Assembly: GCA_963783575.1 (NCBI GenBank)
Contig: CAWAOD010000010.1
Span: 160,001-224,000 of the forward strand
Reading direction: 5' to 3'
Source of the DNA: an uncultured Spirochaetota bacterium
GTDB lineage: Bacteria; Spirochaetota; Brevinematia; Brevinematales; JAOACQ01
DNA length: 64,000 bases
Each line of letters starts with the position of its first letter. Position 1 is the first letter of the stretch. The notes under the pieces were generated by a model. It did not search any database. It was not told the origin of the DNA and saw only the letters and a program-made list of their open reading frames with translations. The translations under genes and the position numbers were made by a program. This document shows, one piece after another, positions 1 through 9,360 of this stretch.

Positions 1-2167
1 TAGCCGCCTGATAAACCCATGAGGCGGTTCCAGAAAGCCAGCTATTCCTTGCCAGACCGAATTGCGGATGTTCGTCACCAAGAATATTCTGCGGATAGCA
101 ATACGGCTCACATTCATATTCATCAAGCTTTTTGTTTTTCGTTGCAGGGTTTATCTGAGAATAATATTGATAAGCCCTGTCGCCATTTCCGGCAATTGTT
201 TCAGCAATCATCACCCATGGATTTGTATGTAAAAATATACCGCCGTTTTCTTTAGCTCCCGGCGGGTAAGTAGAAATACCGCCTTTTAACGAATCATAAC
301 CGTTAAAACCAGGGTAGCTTAATTTAAGACCATTTTTGGTATTGAGCAGCTTATTGACTGAATTTAATGCTTTTTTTGCTCTATCTGCATTTGCAAAACC
401 TGAAATAACGGCCCATGATTGAGAATTTATATAAATTTTACCATATTGATTAATTTTGGAACCTAAAGGACTGCCGTCAAAATCAAAATACCTGGTGTAC
501 CATTCGCCATCCCAAGCATTTTTATTAACAATTTCTTTCATTTCTTCATAATATGAAATATAAAGTTTTTTTGAATCCGAATCTCCCAAATATTCCATTA
601 ATTCAATTATTTCAATAAGGGCTTTCCCGTATAAATCCGCTGTAAAAACTGATTCAGCGCCTGTTTTTAAATTTACAGTATCATTCCAGTCGGCAAAACC
701 TGCATGAGGAAGACCATGCATACCGACATCATTCTTTGTAAAATCAATGGCCCTCATTAAATGATCCAGGGCGGTTCCCGATTCAATAGGTTTATCATTT
801 TTATCTTTTTCATAATAGGGTATGACTTCTTTTAGAAAATCTAAGTTACCGGTTTCCTTAAGATAAGAACACACTGCCAGAACAATCCAGAGATGATCAT
901 CACTGTAATATTTAGGCCTGTCTGCATATTCTTTTGAATCTCCGACAGTTCCAACCATTGTTAAAGGATTGAATTGATGCATCGCCGAACCATTTTTCCG
1001 TTGTACATGAAGAAGCTTCCGTATTAAATCCAATCCTTCTTCCGGAACGTTACCCATTATTCCCATTACATCCTGAGAACTGTCTCTAAAGCCCATTCCA
1101 CGATCGCCACCGAAACCAAGCTGATATAGCGATAAATATCTGGACCAATTTTTTGTTGTGTAGCATTGCCTTGGATTATGAATATTAAGCATCGTGTTCA
1201 TATCAGGATCAGGTGTCTCAACCCGCATCATTGAAAGATAATCTTCCCAGAATAATTTTAAATTTCTAAAAGCATCGTCAACTACATTTTCATTTCTATA
1301 TTTATTAATTCCATCAATAGCCTTATTAATATTTTCTTCCTGCCCGAGCTGAGTAATTAAACGAATAGATTCACCGGGTTTGATTTTTCCGAAATGGTGA
1401 AGAATAGCTCCGATATTATCCCCACGGTTTGCTTCATAATTATCCAACTCGATATTATTTAAAGCTACCGGATTAGCCCAGGATCCGTATTCATTATTGC
1501 CTAAAAAACGTTTTCTATCGGATTCAAATGAGGAGACCGGATGATTGCTGGTAAAATAATTAATTTTAGTATCTCGATTCATAAACGCATATTGTATTAA
1601 TATTTTTTTTCCATCTTTCTCCGGATAAATCCGGCTCTGCATGGTTTGCGGTACCCAATCTGCATTAGTAAGCTGTTTTAAAGCATCAAAATGGGTATAT
1701 TCAATAACCGGTATTAAATCTAAATCAATAGTTTTACCTGATTTATTGGTTATTTTAATATCACGAATCATTCTTGATTCATTCATTGGAATAAAAACAG
1801 TTATATCAGAAAGTATCTCATTAAATTCCGTTATATATCTTGAATATCCCAAGCCCACATGGCATTCATATTTTTCATATTTATTTAAAGTCGGAACAAA
1901 ATACGGCGAAAAGAATTTATAATCTTCCGATTCTTCTTTATACCTTATGTACATTGTCTCACCTTTAAAATCGGAAGCCGGAAGCTGAGCGAAATACTTT
2001 ACGATTCTGTTTAAAGAAGGGTCTTTTTTACATATTAATGAGCCGCCGGTATTATCAATAAATCCGCCAAACGAAAGCTGGCCGATATAATTAATCCATT
2101 TTACCGGTGTCATAGGCGTGGTTATTATATATTCTTTATTCAAATCATTAAAATAGCCATAATCCAT
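1..2167 (-). CDS. GH94 glycoside phosphorylase (cellobiose/cellodextrin/chitobiose phosphorylase-like), 3' end outside window
   Basis: Not in ORF track because it has no stop in the window. Manual translation from ATG 2167 gives MDYGYFNDLNKEYIITTPMTPVKWINYIG..., later GMGFRDSSQD, YYSDDHLW and GFADWNDTVNL, which are GH94 hallmarks. It follows a sugar ABC operon. Confidence 0.88.
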   Translation of the reverse strand, partial: MDYGYFNDLNKEYIITTPMTPVKWINYIGQLSFGGFIDNTGGSLICKKDPSLNRIVKYFAQLPASDFKGETMYIRYKEESEDYKFFSPYFVPTLNKYEKYECHVGLGYSRYITEFNEILSDITVFIPMNESRMIRDIKITNKSGKTIDLDLIPVIEYTHFDALKQLTNADWVPQTMQSRIYPEKDGKKILIQYAFMNRDTKINYFTSNHPVSSFESDRKRFLGNNEYGSWANPVALNNIELDNYEANRGDNIGAILHHFGKIKPGESIRLITQLGQEENINKAIDGINKYRNENVVDDAFRNLKLFWEDYLSMMRVETPDPDMNTMLNIHNPRQCYTTKNWSRYLSLYQLGFGGDRGMGFRDSSQDVMGIMGNVPEEGLDLIRKLLHVQRKNGSAMHQFNPLTMVGTVGDSKEYADRPKYYSDDHLWIVLAVCSYLKETGNLDFLKEVIPYYEKDKNDKPIESGTALDHLMRAIDFTKNDVGMHGLPHAGFADWNDTVNLKTGAESVFTADLYGKALIEIIELMEYLGDSDSKKLYISYYEEMKEIVNKNAWDGEWYTRYFDFDGSPLGSKINQYGKIYINSQSWAVISGFANADRAKKALNSVNKLLNTKNGLKLSYPGFNGYDSLKGGISTYPPGAKENGGIFLHTNPWVMIAETIAGNGDRAYQYYSQINPATKNKKLDEYECEPYCYPQNILGDEHPQFGLARNSWLSGTASWVYQAA

Positions 2168-2223
2168 AAACAAGCCCTTCAATCAAATAACAGCAGACAT
2201 ATCATATTAAATTAATACCGGAA

Positions 2224-3129
2224 TTATCCTCTAATACCACCGGACAACCCTTCAATAAACTGTCTCTGGAATATTAAGAAGAATATTATAGGGATCACGG
2301 CTGAAATGAAGATTGTAAAGATCATGACATCATAAGGCTTTGCCATATTAACGCTATCCATAAATTGAAGCATCATCGGCATAGTAAACTTTGTGGGTGT
2401 TCTTAATATGATAAGAGGCATTAAAAAGTCATTCCATGTCGCTCTGAACTGGTAAATCGCCATAGCGGCAAGTACAGGCCTTCCAAGCGGTATGGTAATC
2501 TGCCACCATATTTGAAAATTATTGGCTCCGTCTATCCTTGCCGCTTCAATGTAAGATAATGGAATTTTTATAAAATATTGCCTGAGCAGAAACACCGCAG
2601 TTGCCGAAGCCCCGGCTGGAATAATCAGTCCAAGGAGGTTGTCTGTTATATTTATAATTCGAAGAATGCGATAAAAAGGCACAATCATGGTTACCGTTGG
2701 CAGCATCATTGTAGCAAGGATTAATACGAATATAATATTTTTCCCGGGAAAATTCATATAAGAAAAAGCATATGCGCACAGCGAACATACGATTAAAACA
2801 ACTGCTATCGCCGAGATTGTCACAAGCACTGAATTAAAAAATGCCCGGCCGATTTGCCATGTAACTCCGAATTGTGTAGTACCAACACCGAAAGATTTCA
2901 AAAGCGAACTTAAAGTATAGCCTTTTATTGATTTCATAATCGGCTGCGATAGAAAAACCGGAGGAACCCTGAATATATCAATTGCGGGTCTAAAAGCGGA
3001 ATCTGTAAGCCATATCATGGGATAGAAGTAAATCACAATAGCTATGACAAGCAAAAGCACTAATCCTAAAAAACTAAAAAACCTGAACGGTTTTCTATGT
3101 ATTATTACTTTTATTTTATTTGATGCCAT
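2224..3129 (-). CDS. Carbohydrate ABC transporter permease (MalG-like)
   Basis: EAA loop (IEAARIDGAN), multiple TM segments, WNDF motif. Confidence 0.92.
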   Translation of the reverse strand: MASNKIKVIIHRKPFRFFSFLGLVLLLVIAIVIYFYPMIWLTDSAFRPAIDIFRVPPVFLSQPIMKSIKGYTLSSLLKSFGVGTTQFGVTWQIGRAFFNSVLVTISAIAVVLIVCSLCAYAFSYMNFPGKNIIFVLILATMMLPTVTMIVPFYRILRIINITDNLLGLIIPAGASATAVFLLRQYFIKIPLSYIEAARIDGANNFQIWWQITIPLGRPVLAAMAIYQFRATWNDFLMPLIILRTPTKFTMPMMLQFMDSVNMAKPYDVMIFTIFISAVIPIIFFLIFQRQFIEGLSGGIRG

Positions 3130-3187
3130 TTTATTTATCCTCCTAAATTAATTAAAATATCGTATTACTAAAATTGTTTTATAATAG

Positions 3188-4120
3188 CTATTCTTCACCT
3201 GAATTACCCAGGCCAAGGAAGCGAAGTTGCAGCAAACTTACTGCCAGAATGATAAAAAACGTTATCCATCCTATTGATGTTGCATATCCAAGCCGCAAAT
3301 TCTGATAAAAACCCTGGTCCAATATATGACCTACTAATGTTCTAGCAATACCTCCAGGTCCATATGTGTTATTTGGAAACAGCATAAATACAATATCAAA
3401 GACCTGAAGTCCTCCAATGGCTGAAGTAACCATAACAAAAGTAAAAGCCGGACGCATTAAAGGCATTACAATTTGAAACAAAACCCTTGGAGCAGAAGCT
3501 CCGTCAATTTTTGCAACTTCAAATAAACTATTATCGATCGATTGGAGGCTGGCAAGAAAATATACCATATGATAGCCCATCCACTGCCAGAATAATACAA
3601 TAAGTATGAGTGGAAACGTATAAGATGAATTATTGATCCAATCAATCTTATTGGGTAAACCAACAAGCCCACAAATCCAATTAATAATACCGGTATCTTT
3701 ATTGAATAACATTCTGAAAAGAAGAGCTAATCCAATACTGCTCATTAAAACCGGAAAGAAAAATGACGCTCTTAAAAAACCCTGCATTTTTTTTGGAACA
3801 TTATTAAGAATATAAGCAAGAACAAACGCAACCGGAACCTGAGTAATAAGACTTCCAAACGCTATAATTAAAGTAGATATTACAGCATGAGAAAAGTTAT
3901 GCTGTTCGTCTTTAAAAATTTCTACATAATTAGCAAATCCAATAAAATCACCGGGGTTAATTCCCTGCATATCGGTGAAACTCATTTTAGCACCCCAGAT
4001 AAATAGAAGAATATTAAAAGTAAACAATAAAACTATAAACGGGGCTATAAACAAAAACGCCGTATAATTACTTTTGGCTTTATTAAATTTTATGGGCTTT
4101 TCTTTGGCTTGTTCTTTCAT
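3188..4120 (-). CDS. Carbohydrate ABC transporter permease (MalF-like)
   Basis: EAA loop (FEVAKIDGAS), TM segments. Confidence 0.92.
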   Translation of the reverse strand: MKEQAKEKPIKFNKAKSNYTAFLFIAPFIVLLFTFNILLFIWGAKMSFTDMQGINPGDFIGFANYVEIFKDEQHNFSHAVISTLIIAFGSLITQVPVAFVLAYILNNVPKKMQGFLRASFFFPVLMSSIGLALLFRMLFNKDTGIINWICGLVGLPNKIDWINNSSYTFPLILIVLFWQWMGYHMVYFLASLQSIDNSLFEVAKIDGASAPRVLFQIVMPLMRPAFTFVMVTSAIGGLQVFDIVFMLFPNNTYGPGGIARTLVGHILDQGFYQNLRLGYATSIGWITFFIILAVSLLQLRFLGLGNSGEE

Positions 4121-4154
4121 ATAACTCTCCTTAATGAAACAAATAATAGATAAA

Positions 4155-4181
4155 ATGGGGAAGCTATTAAAGCTCCCCCAT
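4155..4181 (-). terminator. Stem-loop after the SBP gene (partial terminator or mRNA stabiliser)
   Basis: ATGGGGAAGCT / AGCTCCCCCAT inverted repeat followed by a T-rich run on the minus strand. Confidence 0.6.
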
Positions 4182-4194
4182 CGTTTTTAAATAC

Positions 4195-5460
4195 TTACTT
4201 TATTCTCTGCATAGCTTTTTCTTGTGCATTCTTTAAACCATCATCAAGACTTTCTTTTCCGGCTGCAATTTCAGTATATTCAGAGTTGAAATCATTAATA
4301 GCATCCCAGAATATGTCTCCAGCCTGCATCTGAGGTATTCTCTTAGCAAGTTGAATCTGCAGCTGTGCCAGTTTGAATCCGCCGAAGCGAGGATCCGGCT
4401 GGTCAAAAGCTTCACCTGTCCAAGCAGTAGGAAGAGGTTTGAGCATTCCGGTCATCTTATAAGCACTTCTAACACCATCAGCGTCATACTGCATATATTC
4501 AAGCATTTTCCACAGGAAATCAGGATCTTTTGCTAATTTAGGAATAGCAAGGAAAGAACCGCCCCATGTTGATGTGTCATGTTTGCTGCTCATAATTTGA
4601 GGAAGCGGTCTGGCTTTAAACTGATAGATACCGCCATTATTGGTAGCAGCATCATTAACCTGAGGAACCCACCAGTCAGGAGAGCAGTAAGAAGCAAGCG
4701 TTCCGCCCTTTAACAGAGCAGCAAAGTTACCCCAATCCCAGGTCAGTAATTCGCCGGTCTTTACATAATCAAGCCATTTAGCAACAAAAGCTTTAAAAGC
4801 GGGATCGGTAAATTGCGGTTTGCCGTCTTTAGCAAGGAAGTTGGCACCTGATTCTACCCACAACATCCACATGGTTGTTCCCAGTCCGCCGAAATCATAA
4901 GGTAATGCATAATGAACCGGTTTCCCATCTTTCTGTTCTGCAATCAATTTCTTACCGGCATCAAAAAATTCGTCCCATGTTTTGATTGTAGCAACATCAA
5001 CGCCTACTGATTTCCAGAGAGTGTCATTGTAAATAAGAACTACTGGATGGCAGTCATGCGGTAAACCGTAAGTATGTCCACCATAAATCGACCATGCAAC
5101 ACGCCCAGGGATAACATCTTTCATAACAGGAGATGCTTTAACATATTTGTCCAAAGGGTAAACCAGACTCTTCTTAGGATCAGCATTCAGGATTCTGTTG
5201 TTTTCAATCAGCCATTCAATGATATCCGGAACATTTTTGCCGTCCATCATAACAGCCTGTAATCTCTGAACAAAAGCATTCTGAGCTACCAGTTCAAGAT
5301 CCATTTCGACACCGAATTTCTTTTCGATTTCAGCCTGTCTGCCTTTCCATTCTTCAAGGTTGTTAGCAGCAAAGCTCCACATCACGATTTTTCTTGGAGC
5401 ACTAAAAGATACTCCAAAAGCCAACACAACTAGAGTGACCAGGATCACTAGTTTTCTCAT
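4195..5460 (-). CDS. Sugar ABC transporter extracellular solute-binding protein
   Basis: N-terminal signal peptide, YGLP and WGGSFLAIP motifs of family-1 SBPs, upstream of two permeases. Confidence 0.9.
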   Translation of the reverse strand: MRKLVILVTLVVLAFGVSFSAPRKIVMWSFAANNLEEWKGRQAEIEKKFGVEMDLELVAQNAFVQRLQAVMMDGKNVPDIIEWLIENNRILNADPKKSLVYPLDKYVKASPVMKDVIPGRVAWSIYGGHTYGLPHDCHPVVLIYNDTLWKSVGVDVATIKTWDEFFDAGKKLIAEQKDGKPVHYALPYDFGGLGTTMWMLWVESGANFLAKDGKPQFTDPAFKAFVAKWLDYVKTGELLTWDWGNFAALLKGGTLASYCSPDWWVPQVNDAATNNGGIYQFKARPLPQIMSSKHDTSTWGGSFLAIPKLAKDPDFLWKMLEYMQYDADGVRSAYKMTGMLKPLPTAWTGEAFDQPDPRFGGFKLAQLQIQLAKRIPQMQAGDIFWDAINDFNSEYTEIAAGKESLDDGLKNAQEKAMQRIK

Positions 5461-5600
5461 ATTTATCCTCCTATGAAAATTTGGTTTTGATTACTAAACA
5501 GATAATATCACAAAATCAACTTATCTGTTTCCCCTCCGGGTATTAAGCCTTAAATTAAATACCCAAAACTTCCCTTATTAATTTCATTTATTTAAACTAA

Positions 5601-6623
5601 TCAAATAACTACAGTCGTTTTTCTCTCACCACATGATTCTCTTACAACAAGTTTAGTAGACATAGTAACAAATCTGCGGTTTACATTGCCTTCAAGCATA
5701 TCAAATATTAGATCTACAGCCATTTTACCCATTTCATATCTTTCGTAATGTACTGTAGTTAAAGGCGGTCTTACAATGGAAGCCAGACTTATATCATCAA
5801 ACCCTACAATAGCAATATCTTTCGGAACTTTTAAATCAAAGATCTCAAAAGCATGCATCACTCCGATCGCCATTTGATCATTAGCCGAAAAAAAAGCCTC
5901 CGGGATGTCGCCTCTTTTTATTAATTCTTTCATTGCATTGTATGCTGTATCTTCTTTATAATCTCCATGTATAATCCATTTTTTATTAATAGGTATATTA
6001 TAATCTTCCAAAATATCCTTATAGGCCTGAAACCTTTTTTTATTATCAAATGAGCCTTCGCTGCCGCTTACATAACCTATTTTCCTATAACCTTGACTTA
6101 TAAGATGTTTTACAGCTTCCGCTGCACCGTTATAATTGTCTATTACAATAACACAGACATAATTTTTGCGATTAAAATCAAAATCGGAATCTTTGTCGGA
6201 TAAAACAATTGGAATTCTTGTTGAGATTTCATTAATAAAATCATCTGAAATAACACTGGTACCAAAAATGATTGCGCCATCAACTCTGCCTTCCCTTAAC
6301 AGATTATAAGAATTACCCAAAATACCATCATGCACACTTGCTATGATCATCTCATAACCACGCCTGGATACCGCTTTTTCGACTCCCTCAATTATATCAC
6401 TATTATATGGTCCGCTAAAATCTTTTAAAAACAAACCAATAATGTTGTTTTTTCTCATTTTAAGGCTGCGAGCCGATCCGTTTGGGTGATACCCAAGTTC
6501 TTGCGCTATATGTATAATTTTTTCTTTGGTATTAATATTTACTTTTGGACTGTTATTCATTGCATATGAAACGGTTGAGATCGAAACACCTGCCTTTTTG
6601 GCCACTTCTTTAATATTAGCCAT
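5601..6623 (-). CDS. LacI-family transcriptional regulator
   Basis: N-terminal IKEVAKKAGVSISTVS HTH, GFDD and PPLTTV motifs. Confidence 0.96.
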   Translation of the reverse strand: MANIKEVAKKAGVSISTVSYAMNNSPKVNINTKEKIIHIAQELGYHPNGSARSLKMRKNNIIGLFLKDFSGPYNSDIIEGVEKAVSRRGYEMIIASVHDGILGNSYNLLREGRVDGAIIFGTSVISDDFINEISTRIPIVLSDKDSDFDFNRKNYVCVIVIDNYNGAAEAVKHLISQGYRKIGYVSGSEGSFDNKKRFQAYKDILEDYNIPINKKWIIHGDYKEDTAYNAMKELIKRGDIPEAFFSANDQMAIGVMHAFEIFDLKVPKDIAIVGFDDISLASIVRPPLTTVHYERYEMGKMAVDLIFDMLEGNVNRRFVTMSTKLVVRESCGERKTTVVI

Positions 6624-6706
6624 AAACTAATCCTCAAAACCAATATATCGGACCAAATCAGCATACTCAAATACAAATGTGCTCTATTATGCAGCAAGTG
6701 TATACA

Positions 6707-6720
6707 TCGAAACGTTTCAC
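6707..6720. promoter_or_regulatory. LacI-type operator TCGAAACGTTTCAC
   Basis: Palindromic GAAACGTTTC with central CG, just downstream of the predicted start site of the lacI/ABC promoter. Confidence 0.7.
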
Positions 6721-6732
6721 TAAAGGTAAATA

Positions 6733-6761
6733 ATTCTAGCTTAAAAACTTTTTTTTGTCAA
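6733..6761 (-). promoter_or_regulatory. sigma70 promoter for lacI-ABC-GH94
   Basis: TTGACA-17 nt-TAGAAT on the minus strand. Confidence 0.7.
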
Positions 6762-6917
6762 GAGAAAATTTGCGAATTAAAAAATATTTTTGGCTCAAAC
6801 TAAGTGATTTTCTCGGTGGTGAAGTTAGCTGACCTTGGCAACTTTAATTGATACAATAAAATAAATGAAGGGAACACTACTTTCTTTTATTTATATGATT
6901 TAAAAGTAATCAAAATA

Positions 6918-6946
6918 ATTCTATCATATATTATAATAAAAGTCAA
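6918..6946 (-). promoter_or_regulatory. Second upstream sigma70 promoter
   Basis: TTGACT-17 nt-TAGAAT with extended -10 TG. AAACATGTTT palindromes lie immediately upstream (6953-6980). Confidence 0.5.
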
Positions 6947-6985
6947 TGTTTAAAACATGTTTGTTGAAACATGTTTCGACTTAAA

Positions 6986-7005
6986 CCTAAACTGAGCGAT
7001 TTTTC
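6986..7005. mobile_element. Orphan IS1380-type terminal repeat
   Basis: CCTAAACTGAGCGATT is identical (16/16) to the left TIR of the IS at 60290. Confidence 0.65.
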
Positions 7006-7012
7006 GTTCTAT

Positions 7013-8500
7013 TTAACGGTCAAATTTTCTTATAATTGTGTTTAATCTTTTTGCAATAGATTTTGTTAAACTGCTTTTTTTAAATCGCCACTGCCAATTT
7101 CCGAATGATGTACCGGGGGTATTCATTCTTGCTTCACTGCCAAGTGATAATAAATCCTGTAAAGGCACAATTGAAAATACCGCCTTTGAGGACATAGCAA
7201 GAATTATTAGGTCCCAGTTTATCTCTTTCCCCGTAATATGAGTATATTCAAGAATAAATTTAATTACATTTTCATCTCTTTTATTATACCAACCGATTAT
7301 AGTATCATTGTCATGAGTTCCCGTATAAACAACGCAATTTTCTTTATAATGATGAGGCAAATAATCATTATTTTCATCGGAGTCGAAAGCGAATTGAAGA
7401 ACCTTCATACCCGGATAATCAAAAGCCTCCCTTAATTCTATAACATCGGGTGTTATAAAACCCAGATCTTCAGCTATGATCGGAAGGTTCCCCAAAGACT
7501 TTTCCACTGCGGCAAAGAACTTTTTACCGGGACCTGATTCCCACTTACCTTTAACAGCAGTTTCTTCACCGAACGGAACTGCCCAGTAACCAGCAAATCC
7601 GCGAAAATGATCAACACGCGTAATATCAACAAGTTCAAACATGGCATTAAACCGGCTTATCCACCATTGATAATCCAATTCTTCAAGTTTTTTCCAGTTG
7701 TAAATAGGATTTCCCCAAAGTTGCCCTGTTTTACTGAAATAATCCGGCGGAACACCGGCTACCTTGACCGGAATTTTATTATCATCGAAGCAAAACAATT
7801 CTGAATGAGCCCAGGCATCTGAACTGTCATAAGCAATAAAAATCGGAATATCTCCTATGATTTTTATTGATCTGGAATTTGTATAATTTTTTAAGTCAAG
7901 CCATTGTTTAAAAAACTGATACTGCATAAAATATTGAAATTCTATATTATCATTTAATAACTTTCGGTAATGATTTAAAGACGAAGACTTCCTGAAACGA
8001 ATATCCTCAGGCCAATCGCTCCAAGCTATGCCCCCAAAATGATCTTTTAAAGCCATAAAAAGCCCATAATCCGGAAGCCATTCGAATTTTCGCTTTGAGA
8101 ATTCATTAAAATCACCTTTCTGTTCGTTTGACGCTGAAATTTTAAAATTTTCAAAAGCCTTTTTTAAAATCGGATATTTTTCCAGGAATAATTTTCCATA
8201 ATCTACACCTTTATCATTAAATTTAACGCCATAAGGTAAATCTTTTTTTTCTAAAAGGCCTTCTTTTTTTAAAATCTCCAGGTTTATTAAAAGGGGATTT
8301 CCTGCAAATGCCGAAAAACACTGATATGGCGAATCACCGTATCCTGTCGGTCCAAGCGGCAAAACCTGCCAGAGTTTTTGCCCGGACAGAACCAAGAAAT
8401 TAACAAAGTCATACGCTTCTGTTCCTAAAGTACCGATCCCGAATTTTCCCGGCAATGATGTCGGATGCATCAAAACACCACTGCATCTTTCAAACTTCAT
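7013..8500 (-). CDS. malQ: 4-alpha-glucanotransferase (amylomaltase, GH77)
   Basis: HPTSLP, GDIPIF, GVPPDYFS, RVDHFRG, AEDLG and YTGTHDNDT motifs. Confidence 0.97.
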   Translation of the reverse strand: MKFERCSGVLMHPTSLPGKFGIGTLGTEAYDFVNFLVLSGQKLWQVLPLGPTGYGDSPYQCFSAFAGNPLLINLEILKKEGLLEKKDLPYGVKFNDKGVDYGKLFLEKYPILKKAFENFKISASNEQKGDFNEFSKRKFEWLPDYGLFMALKDHFGGIAWSDWPEDIRFRKSSSLNHYRKLLNDNIEFQYFMQYQFFKQWLDLKNYTNSRSIKIIGDIPIFIAYDSSDAWAHSELFCFDDNKIPVKVAGVPPDYFSKTGQLWGNPIYNWKKLEELDYQWWISRFNAMFELVDITRVDHFRGFAGYWAVPFGEETAVKGKWESGPGKKFFAAVEKSLGNLPIIAEDLGFITPDVIELREAFDYPGMKVLQFAFDSDENNDYLPHHYKENCVVYTGTHDNDTIIGWYNKRDENVIKFILEYTHITGKEINWDLIILAMSSKAVFSIVPLQDLLSLGSEARMNTPGTSFGNWQWRFKKSSLTKSIAKRLNTIIRKFDR

Positions 8501-8583
8501 GTTAAAACCTCAAAAATAGATAAAAAGTTAATAACATTAATCCTAATTGAGTTGATGATTTTTATCAAGAAACTTATATCCAA

Positions 8584-9360
8584 TCAAATGGAAATTTCTA
8601 TCTTTAATCCGTCATAAGCAAAATAAACATTTTCAGGAAGCCTTATAGTGTCCCTCTTATGCTTGAAATGGTGAGTCAAATGAATTAGAAACGTTTTATC
8701 TGGTTTTATCTTTGAAGCTACTTCCAGCGATTGGCCAAGGCTGAAATGTGTCGGGTGAGGTTCCACCCTGAGGGCATTAATTACTAATATTTTCGCACCT
8801 TTCATTATGTCAAGGCTTTCATTGGAAATAAAACTTGCGTCTGTAATGTAAACAAGATTGCCGATTCTGAAACATGTTATCGGTATTTCGCCATGTAAAA
8901 CCTCGATCGGTGTTATTTTCTGCTCTTTAATATGGAAATCTCCAATAATATTAATAAGCTCTATTTGAGGTTTTCCTCCACCTATCTGTGTAGGTTTAAA
9001 AATATAATCAAAACGATTACTGATTTCATCCAGAGTTAAACTATTTCCATATACCTGAATTTTTTGCCTCATAATAAAATTTATCTGCCTGATTTCATCC
9101 AGGCCGCCGATATGATCATAATGCGGATGTGTTATTAAAATCCCGTCAATCCATCTGATTCCGTTTGCCAATGATTGAAGCCGAAAATCGGGACCTATAT
9201 CTATCAAAATTCTAGTATTTTTGTCCGTGACAAATAAAGCGCTGCTTCTGAACCTTTTATCCTTAGGATCTTTTGAATTACATACATCGCAGTCGCAGCC
9301 TAGAACAGGCACACCACTGGATGTCCCTGTGCCAAGAAAAGTTAAATTACTCATCACCAT
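8584..9360 (-). CDS. MBL-fold metallohydrolase (PhnP/YycJ-like)
   Basis: FLGTGTSSGVP, CxCxxC, THPHYDHIGG. Confidence 0.9.
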   Translation of the reverse strand: MVMSNLTFLGTGTSSGVPVLGCDCDVCNSKDPKDKRFRSSALFVTDKNTRILIDIGPDFRLQSLANGIRWIDGILITHPHYDHIGGLDEIRQINFIMRQKIQVYGNSLTLDEISNRFDYIFKPTQIGGGKPQIELINIIGDFHIKEQKITPIEVLHGEIPITCFRIGNLVYITDASFISNESLDIMKGAKILVINALRVEPHPTHFSLGQSLEVASKIKPDKTFLIHLTHHFKHKRDTIRLPENVYFAYDGLKIEISI

